From Mobula hypostoma (Eukaryota), in the NCBI RefSeq assembly GCF_963921235.1, contig NC_086108.1, positions 80,354,001-80,418,000 on the forward strand: a stretch of 64,000 nucleotides of DNA, written 5' to 3'. Shown piece by piece: positions 40,391 to 54,187 of the stretch. Each line of letters opens with the position of its first letter. Position 1 is the stretch's first letter. The position numbers and the translations under genes are program-made. A model generated the notes under the pieces. The model was not told the DNA's origin and made no database searches. It saw nothing but the letters and a program-made list of their open reading frames with translations.

Positions 40391-40447
40391 CACACTTATG
40401 TAGACCAACAAGCAATCTGTTATTCTATCCACAACCTCACACATTTA

Positions 40448-41857
40448 CAGTGCCAATAAAAAAATTTCAACCTCCCCCCCCCCAAGGTTTTCATGTTTTA
40501 TTGTTTTACAGCATTGAATCACAGTGGACTTAATTTTGCTTTTTCTGACACTAATCAACAGAAAAATACTCTTTTGTGTTAAAGTGAAAACAGATGTCTA
40601 CAAAGTGGTCTAAATTAATTATAAATATAAAACAAAATAATTGATTGCCCAAGTATTCATCCATTTCAAGTCAGTATTTAGTAGATGCACCTCTGGTAGT
40701 AATTACAGCCTTGAGTCTGTGTGGATAGGTCTCTATCAGCTTTGCACATCTGGACACTGCAATTTTTCCCCTTTCTTTTTTACAAACTGCTCAAGCTCTG
40801 TCAGATTGCATGGGGATTATGAATGAACAGCGCTTTTCAAGTCAGCCACAAATTCTCAATTGGATTGAGGTCTGAACTCTAACTTGGCCACTTCAGGACA
40901 TTAACTTTGTTGTTTTTAAGCCATTCCTGTGTAGCTTTGGCTTTATGCTTGGAGTCATTGTCTTGCTGGAAAACAAATCATCTCCGAAGTCCAAGTTCTC
41001 TTGCAGCCTGCATCAGGTTTTCCTCCAAGATTTCCCTGTATTCATTTTACCCTCTAGATTCATAAGCGTTCCAGGCCCTGCTGCAGTGAAGTATCCCCAC
41101 AGCATGATGCAGCCATCACAGTACTTCACGGTAGGGATGGTATGTTTTTGATGACATGCGGTCTTTGGCTTACGCCAAACATAGCATTAAACCTAATGCC
41201 CAAGAAGCTCAATTTTGTTTTCGCCAGACCATAGAACCTTCTTCCAGCTGGCTTCAGAATCTCCCACATGCCTTCTGACAAACTCTAACCGAGATTCCAT
41301 CTGAGTTTTTTTCAACAGTGTCTTTCTCTTTGCTACTCTCCCAAAAAGCTGTGACTGATGAAGCACCCAGGCAACAGTTGTTGTATGTGCAGTCTCTCCC
41401 ATCTCAGCCACTGAAGCTGGTAACTCCTCCAGGTTGTCATAAGTCTCCTGGTGGCTTCCCTCACTAGTCCCCTTCTTGCACAGTCTCTCAGTTTTTGAGG
41501 ATAGCCTGCTCCAGGCAGATTTACAGTTCTTTCCATTTCTTGATGATTCATGTGGCTGTGCTCCAAGGGATATTCAGTGACTTGGAAATTTCTCTTGCAT
41601 CCATCTTCTGACTTAAGCTTTTCAGTGGCCTTTATGTGGAATTGCTTGGAGTGTTCTTTTGTCTTCTTGGCGCAGTTTTTGCCAGGATACTGACTCACCA
41701 GCAGCTGGATCTTCCAGATACAGGTGTATTTTTACTACCATCAATTGAAACACCTTGACTGCACACTGGTGATCTCCATTTAACTAATTACATGACTCTA
41801 TAACCAATTGGCTGCACTAGTGATTATTTGGTTTGTGAATACTTTTTATGGGCACTG
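40448..41857 (-). mobile_element. Tc1-like DNA transposon with a degraded transposase
   Basis: TIRs CAGTGCCAATAAAAA / TTTTTATGGGCACTG with TA TSDs. Transposase remnants ARRGLVREATRR, GRVAKRK, WKKVLWS, KYCDGCIMLWG. Confidence 0.92.
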
Positions 41858-42439
41858 TACCTACCATCCTATCCTACACCAGGCACACGCTCACCTCATC
41901 ATCGACATTCTGCTCATTCCAAATCCACACAGAGATTAAGGCTCCAACATAGGTCAGTGAATTTAACTAATTGTCTTTCATTTGTTCACTTAGGTCAAGA
42001 TGGCAAGAAAGATGGTGACAACTGTGCTGAAGAGGGAGACTTTCAAGTCAGTCCTGATCAGACAGCTGAAGGTGATCCTTCTCTTGGCCATAGGGATCAT
42101 AGTGTGGCAAATCACTTCTTGTGCAGAGATTAACCAATATCAGCCTATTCTAATCAGTAATAGTGTTTCATTGTTATTAATACATTCTTTAATTTTTCAA
42201 TAGACTTTTTACCATATACTGTATGTTGCTGTATTGTTACTAAGACTAATGGAATTATCTTCCTATTTGTCTTTGAGAAGCTTCCTAGTTTCCCATCACC
42301 TGGACATGTACCAAGTAGAGGAACTGAAGACAAGAGTGGAGGATGTGAAGGAGGATGGGGATGAAGTTAATAGTGAGCAAAGTGTCACACACAGCGGGGG
42401 TTAGACATCTGATGTTTAGGGATCAGTTCGAAAATAAGA

Positions 42440-43140
42440 AACAAGAACAGAGAAGGCATTAAGTGAATCCTGGAACCTCATCTACCATCAATATGGTATG
42501 GTTGATCCAATATTGACCTCCACACCATTTTCCTATGTCCTCCCTGCGAACCTTAACTCCCTTGTGGTTCAAACATTTATCTCTGCCTTGAACATGTTCA
42601 ATGACTTTACGTCCACAGCTCTCTGGCACAAAGAACTCTGAAAAGTCACAATCCTCGAAGGAAAAATTACTTCTCATCACCATCTGTAATGGCTGACAAT
42701 TGGGAGGAACTCTTTCAATGTCCATCCTGTCAATCCCCGTCAGAACCTTATACAAGATCTCCAATTGTTGTCTACTTCAATGCGTATGGGCCCACCCTGC
42801 CTCACCTTTCTCCATAGGCCAATCCCTTCACGGCTTCCAGTGCAAGTTTATTTTCCTTCAAAGCTGGAGACAAAAATTTTGTGTTGCTCGAGGTGTAGTC
42901 TCACTGACAACAAAATTGACTCAGCGCTTCCCTTCTTTTATAGTTCACATGCCTTGCTATAAAGGCCGACATTCAATCAGTCTATCTAATCACTTGCTGC
43001 ATGTTAAATGTGTTCCTTATGTCCGGATCTCAGATCTCTTATTTTGTAGTCTCATTCAGTTTAAATAATATCTTTTTTCATTCTTCCTTCCAAAAGGAAT
43101 AATTTCCCAGTTTCTCATACTGTTTGGCTCTGCTCTATGC
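42440..43140 (-). mobile_element. Highly degraded CR1 3' fragment
   Basis: ORF 42459..42764 remnant LYKVLTGIDRMD. Confidence 0.65.
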
Positions 43141-44221
43141 ACTCGATTCGTTACATCCTTGAGCTCAAAATTGTCAAAACACAATTTCTGTTTCATAAAC
43201 CACGTTAACTCAGGTTGATTGTTTTATGATTTTCTGAAGGCAGGATTCCACCATTTTCACAATGACACACGTTGGGCTAATTAACCTCAATTTTCTGTTG
43301 ACTATCTCCCTCCTTTCTTGAAGGTCAAATCTAGGTCTGGAGATCAGAACTATGCTACTACAGTCCAAGTCAGGAAGATTGTTGCAGTATTGTCTATCCT
43401 ATCCCCTGAGAAATTGCTTGGTGTGCAGATTAAAGACTTTGATTTCTCCACTCATGAAGTCACATCATGACCTTCGACACACCAACATGGTTGGCTGTGG
43501 CCTACATAACGTTGCTCCCTGTGGGCAGAGAGCTGAAACTAGGCCATTTACGTCACCAAGGACATCTGTGCTGGCTCAAAGTGAAAGCAAAGAGCCTCCC
43601 AGCAGCCAGAATTTTTCCAGAGGGGGATAACTGAAGCAATAGTGCCAGAATGCCAAAACCTCCCTACAAAAGTCTCAAATGGAAAAGGCACAAACTTGAA
43701 AGTTGAATGCCATGATTTTCTATTTCTGCAGTGTTTGCAGAAATAACTTCACATGCCTCAACTGAGCTACACACATTTTCTTCAATGCACAGATATATGT
43801 CATCTTGATGTGGCAGCTGCTGGCATTACTTAAAAAGATTGCCAGCATCATGCATTGCATATCATTGTTCTCAGAAAAACATCATTTACAACAAAATAGC
43901 GAGGAATGCTGTTGCAATGATTATTTACAGCTGTAGAACATCTGATTGTGAAATGGCTTGACTGATAGCAAAACTGGCAGTTACGTGTGTGACCTCAAAT
44001 GGGAAGTGATTCTTATTATGGGATTCTCCTCCCTTGCTTTGTCTGCTCTTATAATAGTAATCTCTGACTTGGCTGGGGAGTGGGTACTCCTACAAGTGGC
44101 TCAGGATTAACAGCAAGGTCAGACAGTGAAAGTTAACATCAGTTCTACAGTGTGTTACCAGTTCTCCAGGGAACCTACTTTCCTTGCTGAACTGAAAGCT
44201 AATTCAGTGTATTAAGAAATA

Positions 44222-45756
44222 CAGTGGATTCTGGTTTATTGGGACACATTGGAACCAATATATTTAAGCCCAATTAAGTGACTATCCCAATTAGTCAAAG
44301 TTTCATAGAAACAGTTTTTTTAAAAAATACAACCTACATTTAACTGAGTAATAAATTATGCGTGAAATACAGAACAAATTAGAACACTACCAATATTACT
44401 ACAGTACTATAAAATGGTGTATTAGTTCCTTACAATTATTGGAGGAACTCATACAGTGTAAACTGATGTGTTCATTTGATTTACTGTGTAATGCCCTGGT
44501 TTATATTTTTACTGTTATGTTGTTCTGTGCAGCTGCTTGTTTGGGTTACTGTTAAAGATAAGAGATAGAAGAATTGTGCGCCATCCAATTAGGATAGCCA
44601 GATTAAGGGGAGGCTTCTCTGGTGAGAGACACTAAGGTTGGGCTTGGGGCTTTTTTTAAAATCAGGAGGAGATGAGGAGAGAAGAGGTCATAGGATTCGA
44701 CCCGGAACGGGGCCGTGTTTCGATGAAGCCTAGGGTAAGATCAAAGAATTATCAGTGATGGGGAAACCGGGAGCTCCAACTTGTGCACATTAGACTGTTT
44801 CATTAAAATTGGCCCTTTTCTGTTTTTTGGTTCTTTCTTTACTAACCCCTTAGTCAAGTTAAGAATTATAAAGCTAAACCTTTTAATTGTATGCAGTGTG
44901 CTGTCCTTTATTTCGTGGTACAGTACTGATTTGTAACAGGGTAACAAATCACACAGCATCCACACAAACAGGGGGTTTTGGGGTGGACTCGCACCTCAAT
45001 CTCACACGTTTGGCGGGGCCAGAGATTGTCCTCCCTAGACTTGTGCAGCCAACAAAACCAAAGTGTTTCAACAGCACAAACTAATGCAGAGAATGGACTG
45101 ATTCATTGCCTTCCTGCATGAAGTAGTGTCAAAAATCACTGATTTTTAATTTGGCATCAGTTGGCCCAAATGAATAACATAACAAAGCCTATACAACTGA
45201 TGCTATTTAAAAACTGTTCACTCCAAGCACGTCATAGTGTCTAACACCCACAAAAGTGCCCGTGACTGACATTAGTTAAAAACTGTTGCATCCTCCAAAT
45301 CTTCATTCTCATTATAACATTCAAGATAGTTGCTGATTCTTTCAAATTCTTGGTAGTTGTTAACTTCCTGAAGTAGTTAAATTGTTTCATTTTCACTTCC
45401 AACCGTTTCTTATATCTCCAAGTCTGAATGCTTGAAACTGCAGCGAGTAAAACACTTTTGAATTGCCTTACTGCTTATTTCTGGCCAGCCATCAGTGACA
45501 AAAATCATTGCTTTTTGAACATAAACACATGTAACTGATGATATTTAAAAACTGTTCCTCCAAGCACAGTGTGGTGTCTAACGGCCATACAATGTTCACA
45601 TAACTGAAGCTAGTTAGAAACTGTTTGGCACCATTCTCTTGTCCCAATTAAGTAGCATCCTGTCCCAAATGAATGAAGGAAATCCAAGTTTCTCAATTAG
45701 TTTTTGTTTAAGAGTTGTACCAAATAACTGATAGCCCAATTAATTGGAATCCACGG
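44222..45756. mobile_element. Tigger/pogo-like non-autonomous element (TA TSD) with an internal duplication and a nested LTR
   Basis: TA-CAGTGGATTCTGGTTTATTGGG ... CCCAATTAATTGGAATCCACGG-TA. A shorter sibling lies at 53571-54119. Confidence 0.8.
44487..45070. mobile_element. Probable solo LTR
   Basis: TGTAA...TTTCA termini with flanks ACTG/ACAG (imperfect 4-bp TSD). Absent from the sibling element. Confidence 0.55.
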
Positions 45757-46082
45757 TACAGTATATGAAAAAAAAACATTGAAAGTGGCCGCTGGTGTAG
45801 GAAAAAGCGACATTACATTGATTGTATCCAAATGTTACAGATGGCATGAAATGTGGTGAAGTGTCATGTAGATTTCATCTGTCCTGCCACATTGAGCTCT
45901 TTATGACAGTGAGTTCTTTTTTCATGAACCTCATCTGGAGTTTCATGAGGGATTTCATATTATGCTCATTGTATTGTTCTGTTAAATTTTAATATGCCTC
46001 TGAACCCACTACATGCCAATTTGATTACCATACTGTGATGTACAATGCTATCAGCTGAACTTGCTACTTGACTATTGACATT

Positions 46083-46330
46083 TATTTATTTAGAGGTACA
46101 GTGCAGAACAGAGCCGCACCTATTTAACCCTACCTATTCACAGGACAATTTACCATGAGTAATTAACCTACTAACCTGTACATCTTTGGATTGTGGGAGA
46201 AAACTGGAGCACCCAGAGGAAACCCATGTGGTCACAGGAGAACGTACAAACTCCTTACAGACGGCACCAGAATTGAACTCCAAACTCAGACGCCTTGAGC
46301 TGCAATTGTTTTGCACTAACCGCTACGCTA
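46083..46330 (-). mobile_element. V-type SINE
   Basis: CATCTTTGGATTGTGGGAGAAAACTGGAGCACCCAGAGGAAACCCATGTGG (reverse V domain) and (ATTT)n tail. Confidence 0.8.
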
Positions 46331-46354
46331 TTGCAGTTGGAAATAACTCGGAAA

Positions 46355-47400
46355 ATGTACAGCTCAGGTGCTTGATCATTGTGTTGAGTTGCTCTCTGAT
46401 CTTGGAATCCATTTGCACATGTTTCATCACCATATGAAGAGACATCATCACTGCACCGTTCTCTTGTGGTGTGTCCTCCAAATGTTTGGTTTTAATACAC
46501 TTATTAATCAGTTGACTGGTCCTTATTATCGAAACTCAGTTGTGATGTAGGGAGTGGGTCTGCTCACTGATTAATTGCATGGTGAACTCCATGTGTCGTC
46601 TGGAAATTTGCCCACATTGGTTTATAAATGGGATCAAGGCCTATATGTCTGTTTACAGAATTGTTTGTGGAAAACCTCGCTTCTAGGAATTCTCTTGCAT
46701 GCCGCGTGTTTGCCTGTGCCATGACTTTCACTGATGGCCAGTTGAGTTTGTGTCCCTCTCGATCTTCTTGGGTAGAGACGAGGAAGAGTTGGTCATGACA
46801 CTTCACGGCCAGTTGATGATCATAGATCCTCGTGGATGGTTTTCTCCCAGTTTGGCTGATGTAACATTTGTTGCAGTTGCCACATTAGATTTTGTAGACC
46901 ACATTGGTCTTGTCCAATAGCCTGGTTTGTTCTTTAAGTTTGTAGAGTTGTCTCCTCAATGTTGCTGCTGGTTTATGTGTGACCAAAATTCTATGTTCTT
47001 GTCAATCTGTCATTTCTGAGATATTTCAAATGTATGGAAGGATAGCCCATTTGATTGCTTCTTGGTTGGTGCATTTTTGACCAAGTAGGCATCTTCATAT
47101 GAACTCACATGAATAACCGTTTCGTGTGAATACTCAAAAGAGATGTTTCTCCTCTTTTTCATTTAGCTCCACCATTGCTGCTGTGTGTCTCTGCTCTTCA
47201 GAACAAAGTTTTGATACAGCTCTTCTTACATGCATTTGGGAGTTTACTGTGATAGTTTAGGATCTCATCTGTATGTGTTTCCTTATGATAAACAGATGTT
47301 TCTAAAGTGCTGTCAGTGTTTCTGCTGATAAACAGGTTCAAGAATGCCAGTTTCCCCTCAATTTCTGTTTCCATCATGAACTTAATATCGTTGAACATGT
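46355..47400 (-). mobile_element. Penelope-like element (RT C-terminus + GIY-YIG + pLTR), degraded
   Basis: KFMMETEIEGKLAFLNL...TSVYHKETHT...LNYHS and NVVYKI*CGNCNKCYISQTGR. Confidence 0.88.
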
Positions 47401-47494
47401 CATTGGTTAGTTTATCAAATTATACCTTAATTGTAGTAAAACACGCAAAATTGAAAGAACTTACAAACTAATCAATGATGAAAACAGCAACTGA

Positions 47495-47905
47495 GGGCCA
47501 AACTGGGAGAAAACTGGCCATCAGTGAAAGTCATGGTGAAAGCAAACACGCAGCATGCAAGAAAATTCCTAGAAGAACAGTCTTCTGCAAACAATTCTGC
47601 CAACAATTCTACAACAGACGTGTAGACCTTGATCCCATTTATAAGACAATGTGGGCAAAATTCCAGAAAACACTCAGAGTTTGCCATGCAACCAGTCAGC
47701 TACAAGACCCACTCACTACATCACAACTGAGTTTCTGTAATGACAACCAATCAACTGATTGATAAGTATATAAAAGCCAAGCATTCAAAGGACACAGCAC
47801 AAGTGAGTGCAGTGATGATTTCTCCTCATATGGTGACAAAACGTTTGCAAATGGATTGCCAAGATCAGACAACAACTCAACCCAGCCATTGCAGTGCTTG
47901 ACCAC
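47495..47905 (+). mobile_element. Inverted partial copy of the 3' end/pLTR of the adjacent Penelope element
   Basis: Reverse complement of ~46370-46855, with an internal deletion. Confidence 0.85.
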
Positions 47906-48884
47906 AGTACACTGACAGAATTCTGTCCTCTGCACAACATACACCTTCCTCACAGAATGTTCTGGCACTCTTTAAGCGAAGAGATGGTCATCATCAAAGA
48001 GAAAAGAGGATTTAAAAAACATTCACTGCACAGGAGGAAGAGAGAGAATTACACACCATTTGGTCTCTCATTTTCTTGTTGGTGGCCCATATTGATTACA
48101 TCAATTGACGTATGAAGACAATCATCTGGTTTTAGCTGAGAATGTTATTTTGTAGGCCACATAAGGAGTAGTGGTCCCTCCTGCCCCTTTCAGTGACTAC
48201 TCACTCCTCCCTTCAGCTGCTGATGCAGGACATGCCCATGCCTTTTTCACTCACCTGCTCCTCTAACTATGGTGGTCCTTAGGGTCTACCTCATAGACCT
48301 TTGGGTTCATACCTCCTTCTTACCCGTTCTCTGACCCAAGCTGCAATCAATGGGCTGCAAGGCTGTGGAGTAAGTAGGCAGCTCACAACAATGACGCTTT
48401 ATACCTGATGAACATAAACAGTGGGATGGCCTTGACCAGTAAATTCCAATGGCATTCGCTACTACTGTCCTTGTATTTGTATCTGCCGACCTAATTTGGC
48501 CGGAGTATGAACAGACACAATATGCTTGGAAGGCAAGAGTTCCCCTTGTCCTAATCCATTCCATCAAGCTAATAACATTCAGCAATGTAGGCTCTCTGAA
48601 TATCAAACTGCCAAGAAAATGTAATTCCCCATTAAAATATTATCGTCACGTCCACAACCAGTTAAACATTTAGGGAATGACAGACATGTTTGGCAGTATA
48701 TATGCAAGTGGAAATAGAAGTATCCTTCGGACAAAGGGTCTTCAAACTGAAATGTTAATTTTGTTTATCACGTCATGGACACTGCCTGCTTTATTGAGTA
48801 TTTCCACTATCTTCTGTTTTTCTTTTTCTCAGATTTCCAATAGCTGAAGTTTTTTTATTCTTATTCTGTTAAAGATAAGATTAT

Positions 48885-49782
48885 ATTTGCTGATGATACA
48901 ACCATTGTTGGTAGAATCTCAGAAGGAGATGAGAGGGTGTACAGGAGTGAGTTATACCAACTAGTGGAGTGGTGTCACAGCAACAAGATTGCGCTCAACG
49001 TCAGTAAGATGAAAGAGCTGATCGTGGACTTCAGGAAGGGTAAGATGAAGGAACACATACCAATCCTCATAGGGGGAATCAGAAGTGGAGGGGGTGAGCA
49101 GTTTCAAGTTCCTGGGTGTCAAGATCTCTGAGGACCAAACCAGGTTCCAACATATCGAAGCAGTTACAAAGAAGGCAAAACAGCAACTGTGTTTCAATAG
49201 GAGTTTGAAGAGATTTAGTATGTCAACAAAAACACTTAAAACTTCTATAGATGTACTGTGGAGAGCATTCTGACAGGCTGCATCACTGTCCAGTGGTGGG
49301 GGGGAGCTACTGCACAGGACCGAAAAAGGCTGCAGTGGGTCATAAATTTAGTCGGCTCTATCCTGGTTCTAGCCTACAAAGTACCCAGGACATCTTCAAG
49401 GAGCGGTGTCTCAGAAAGGCAGCATCCATTATTAAGGGCCACCAGCACCCAGGGCATGCCCTTTCCTCATTGTTACCATCAGGTAGAAGGTACAGAAGCC
49501 TGAAAGCACACACTCAGCGATTCAGGAACAGCTTCTTCCCCTCTGCCATCTGATTCCGAAATGGACATTGAACCCATGAACACTACCTCACGTTTAAAAT
49601 ATATTATTTCTGTTTTTGCATGATTTTTAATCTATTCAATATACATATAATGTAATTGATTTACTTATCTATTTTAACTTTTTTTTCTTCTATATTATGT
49701 ATTGCATTGAACTGCTGCTGCTAAGTTAACAAATTTCCTGACACATGTGGGTGATGAGAAACTCGATTCTGATTCTGATTCT
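48885..49782 (+). mobile_element. Rex1/Babar LINE 3' fragment
   Basis: FADDTTIVG, KELIVDFRK, RKAASII...LLPSGRRYRSLKAHTQRFRNSFFP and (GATTCT)n tail. Confidence 0.85.
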
Positions 49783-52569
49783 AGGTTATTAATCAAATTG
49801 TCAAGGGACACGAGTATTGTCCACGGTCACAATAAGCTGGAAAATCCCAGTGCAGACGTGAAATAATTTCTTCATGATAGGGATCCTTGCGTTGATCTCT
49901 CTGCCGCTGTATGAAGAAATAGAATGTAGATCTGTTGCAGTAAGCTAACACAATCCACTGCCTAAAGTCATCGCCTCTTGATCTCCATGGGGAGAACCAG
50001 GAACATAGAAGAGTGCAGCACAAGAACAGACCCTTTGGCCAACAATATCTGTGCCAAACTTGATGAAAATTTAAACTAAATCTTTCCTGCCTACACATGA
50101 CCCACATCCATCCACTTAGTACAACATCTGAGAAGCTGGATATTCTGCGGAATTCATATCCCCTTAATTACTGACTTGCAAATGTGGACCTCGGAATAGA
50201 TTGCTCATCAGCCAAGATCTGGTATAATGTGGTACCTCTGAAGATTTTCTGGAAGTGGGCTCTTTCTGGGAATTGGCCTCGAAGTCTTTTCCGAAGCCAC
50301 CTGCCTGGTTAACCTCTATCATAATGGAGTGCTGCCAGCAATGTCGCCACTACAACGTCCAAGGAATGAATCACTCAGCAGATAAATGCTGGAAGTTATG
50401 CTACAAGCAACAGTTACACTCTGTGGGCTTCAGAGCAGCCCAAGCAGCCTGCTGTCATTTCTCAAGCTACGCAACCAGGTCTTGCAACGTTGACAGAGTA
50501 CCCCTTTGAAACTTGATGAACTGCGTTCTGCTCCAGGAATATTCCAGGACATGTGAAGTTTTGAGCTTCAGTTTCTGAGAGGCTTGATGTCATCATGTGC
50601 ATGCCTGATGCTGGGTAAATGGGAGGTGGACTAACATGAAGAGCCTGATGTTCCAATTCTACTTTCATGACAGTCACATTTTCACTCTTGAAGTGCACAC
50701 TGATTTATCAAGGTAAATATTTATTTTCAACCACACAACTTTGAAAGGAAGGTACTACATGATCTAAATTCAAGGCTAAGGTGAGGTTATGACTTGAAAT
50801 CTCCAGGAGGCTAAGATGCTTAAAGAGTGAATCAGTACTTCTTTCCAAGCATTTCATCCAATATCATAAGTACTTAGTTTTTACATAAACAGATCCTCAC
50901 TTTAAAGGCATTTGATACTTCTTCCTGACAAGTTCTTTTTATGAGAAGTTGATGATTAATTTTCATTTTAGCTTGATGCTGATATTTCCTTATCACAGGT
51001 GTGCATTAGCATATGTTGGTGTCAAATGGTAGGCCAGGTCTGCAGGATAACTTTCTACAGAAAAAATAATCATGATTTTAAAACTGATGAAGCATTGATA
51101 CCGAGGTGTAATATTTTAAAGAGAAAAAATTAACATTCTCAATTCCATGAAACTATATTTCAGAAGTAGATGAGATTCCACATGTTATCCCAAAGACCCC
51201 AGCATCACTGGTCCATACCTGGGATTCTACAAGACATCTCAGATTCAGCAGAATATCTTAATAATGATCTTCTCTGTAGTAATCTTTGAATAATGATAAA
51301 AATGGTGAGGCAGGCTAGAAACCAAATAAACTTAATTCACCAAGAGTGGTCCAATAATAATATAAAACTTACAAAGTCTTTACTTCAGGATTTTTTTTTG
51401 TTTATGTCAACAGTTTCTTCAAAGATGAGCATATTTATTTGTGGTACTCCCTCACTTTAATTAGGTACTAAGAAGACTTACTGTATGTTAAAATGTATTT
51501 TCTTCTGACGCTTTCCTGCCTCTGTCTGTATTTGGTTGCTTGGCCATTCGGGTGAAATCTACAAAGAACAACCTGTTACTTAAAATCTCAGCCTTGTAAC
51601 TGCTACCATCTAGCTGACTAATGCAGTACTGTAACTATCTGGCTGCTAGGTTGCTTAAAATATGAGACAGTTTAGAATGTGTTGGTTTATTTCATGTGCT
51701 GAAAAATTGACACATTTACAGCTTTTTGTTCAGCATGCCTGCCTTTCAATATGATAGTCACCATTTCCCTTGTGAAATCAGAATAGACACTAACGTGCCC
51801 AATTCAAGTTTCCCTTGTGTCTTTCACGCATACACATCCATGTGATAGTGGCATAAATTGTGTAATACTCACTTCTCTTAATAACAGACATTGCCCATGA
51901 TCTCCATGTACAACTTCCAGTAACAAAAAGTGGAACACACCTTTAGGCAAGTTGGCTAGGAACATTGATGTGTTGCAATCTGCATGTTCTTGCTGGGCTT
52001 TCAAAGCTCGGTATATTATTGCTGGGACTCACTGTGCTTATTTCAAACCTTGTCAGGTAAATCAGTCTGGAACACTGAAAAACTACTTGAATATTGATCA
52101 ATCCTTCATTGAGAGGAGATTTCATGAAGATGCTAAAAATTGTAAAAGTGACTTAGGTGGACAGGTGGAGGAGGAAGTATCTCCATTCTGTCATTAAGGT
52201 GTAGATAATGATCTTGTACATCACAGTGGTATGAGGCCACATCCAGAACAAAAGCTAATTGGCGGGGCAGATCGGAGTAGAGAATGGATGTTGGCATGAA
52301 GGTCCCACATGCTGAAGCCTCATATATCTCCCCCCACCTTTCTCCTCCTGGGTCCTCATCTCAACGCTGCTGTACTGCGAGAGCCGCGAAGAGAGATGAT
52401 CAAGCCCATGGTTTCCTTTCCATGATTCCTGGGGCAAAAGCGCCACAGCTGAGATACCTGCTGGTAACTGTCGTTGGGAACTAGGCAGGTCATGTTTTAA
52501 TATAGTGAACATGATGAAGATCATCCTAACCATTTTAAAAGGTAAATTCCACCCATTTAAAAATCCCTG

Positions 52570-52738
52570 CAGTTGCTCTGGTTTGCTCCCACAGTCCAAA
52601 GATGTACCGGTTGGTAAGGTAATCGGCCAGTGTAAATTGTCACGTGATTGTGCTAGGATTAGATTGGGGCATTGCTAGGCAGTGTGGCTTGAAGGGCCAG
52701 AATAGCCTGTTCCGCGCTGTATCTCAATAAAATAAAAA
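52570..52738 (+). mobile_element. 5'-truncated V-type SINE
   Basis: GCTCTGGTTTGCTCCCACAGTCCAAAGATGTACCGG ... AATAAAATAAAA. Confidence 0.7.
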
Positions 52739-53570
52739 TACATTTTTAAAAATGGCCCCTGCTAAGTGAGCACCTGTTCAACAAGGCAAGCACAACAAAT
52801 AAAGGTGAAATCTAATTTTGAGAAAGCAGTCTTTAATGCTGTCCTGTATTTTCTTGATCACATTACTTTCTGATACAAGGAGAGAACTGTTTTACTGTTA
52901 GTATCATTTACCCACCTGGAGCAGTACATCTTGCCAGGTTGGATTCAGGGGTCTAGAAATTCCTGTGTAAAACCCCAAACACAGAAAGGTGCTGTGCAAT
53001 TGAAAATGACACAACATAATTATTCCAGAGTGAGGAACCTTGATTCCTGACATTTTAGGAACCTCATCTTGCTCCTCCAAATAGTAGCGCAAATGGCAAA
53101 CACGTATCTTTGATATGAAAAAGTGTAGGTCTTTTGCATTAATATGTGAACCAAGTATTTTTACTAACCCTATTTCCCAATGAAACAATGCTGGTTAAAA
53201 GGGACAAACCTTAAAATGCATTCTTTGTCCTTTTTTGACCCTCAGATACAAATTCATGTGTCCCTAGGCTGTTTTGCCTGTCAGATTCTTAGTCCTTGGA
53301 TAAACTAGGCTGTAGCTGCCGATCTCTGCAACATCACACAGGGATTGCTATCTGCTACATGAGCAAGATCACTCAACTCTTCCCTCAAGGAGTGAAGTTT
53401 TCAGCAGCGTTCCCTTTCGCTCCCAGGAAACACCAGGTGAAGCTTTCTGTATTTCCGGCTTTCCCAAAGTGCAAGGATTTATAGACTGCATCCAAATCCT
53501 TACAAAGACCTCCAACAAGGAATGCATGGCTATAGTTTGGCCAGATCTCTGTAACCCCTGTGTACAAATA

Positions 53571-54119
53571 CCGTGAATTATGGTTAATTGGCACATATTG
53601 GGACCAGTGCATTATGGCCCAGTTAAGTGGATGCCTCAATTAGCCGGTTTCATGAAAAAGTTAAAAAGGTATAAAAAAGACAAACTACCATTTAGCTGAG
53701 TAACAATCAATATATTTAAGTGAAATACAAAATAAATTAGAACATCAACAACAATTCTACAGTACTATAAAACTGTGTATTAGTTCCTAATTGTTATCTG
53801 GAATCTACTCAGTGTACGCAGACGTGTTTATTACTCACCAACTATCAGTGACAAAAATCACTGTTTTTTTTAACACAAGCATGTGCAAGTGATGCTATTT
53901 TAAACCTTCCCTCAAAGCACGGTTTAGTGTCTAACAGCCACACAATGTGCACATGACTGAAGCTAGCTAGAAAATGTTCGCCAACGGTCTCCTGCTCTAA
54001 TTAAGTGACATAGTGTCCCAAATAAACCAAGGGGATCCCGACTATTTTCGTAATTTTGTTTTTGTCCCAGATAAGTGGCTGCCCCAATTAACTGATGACC
54101 CAGTTAACAGAATCCAATG
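53571..54119. mobile_element. Tigger/pogo-like MITE (same family as 44222-45756)
   Basis: TA flanks, degenerate TIRs and shared internal sequence. Confidence 0.75.
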
Positions 54120-54167
54120 TAGATAGTTCCTGAAGATAAAATTTTTTACCACCTAATCCATCTGCAG

Positions 54168-54187
54168 CACTGCCCTCTAGTCGCTGG
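54168..54187 (-). promoter_or_regulatory. Candidate CTCF binding motif
   Basis: Minus strand CCAGCGACTAGAGGGCAGTG closely matches the CTCF core CCACYAGRKGGCAG. Confidence 0.4.

Noticed and set aside
50462..53188. Short minus-strand ORFs at 50462-50698 and 52904-53188 as exons
   Set aside because: Weak or ambiguous splice signals and no recognisable protein.
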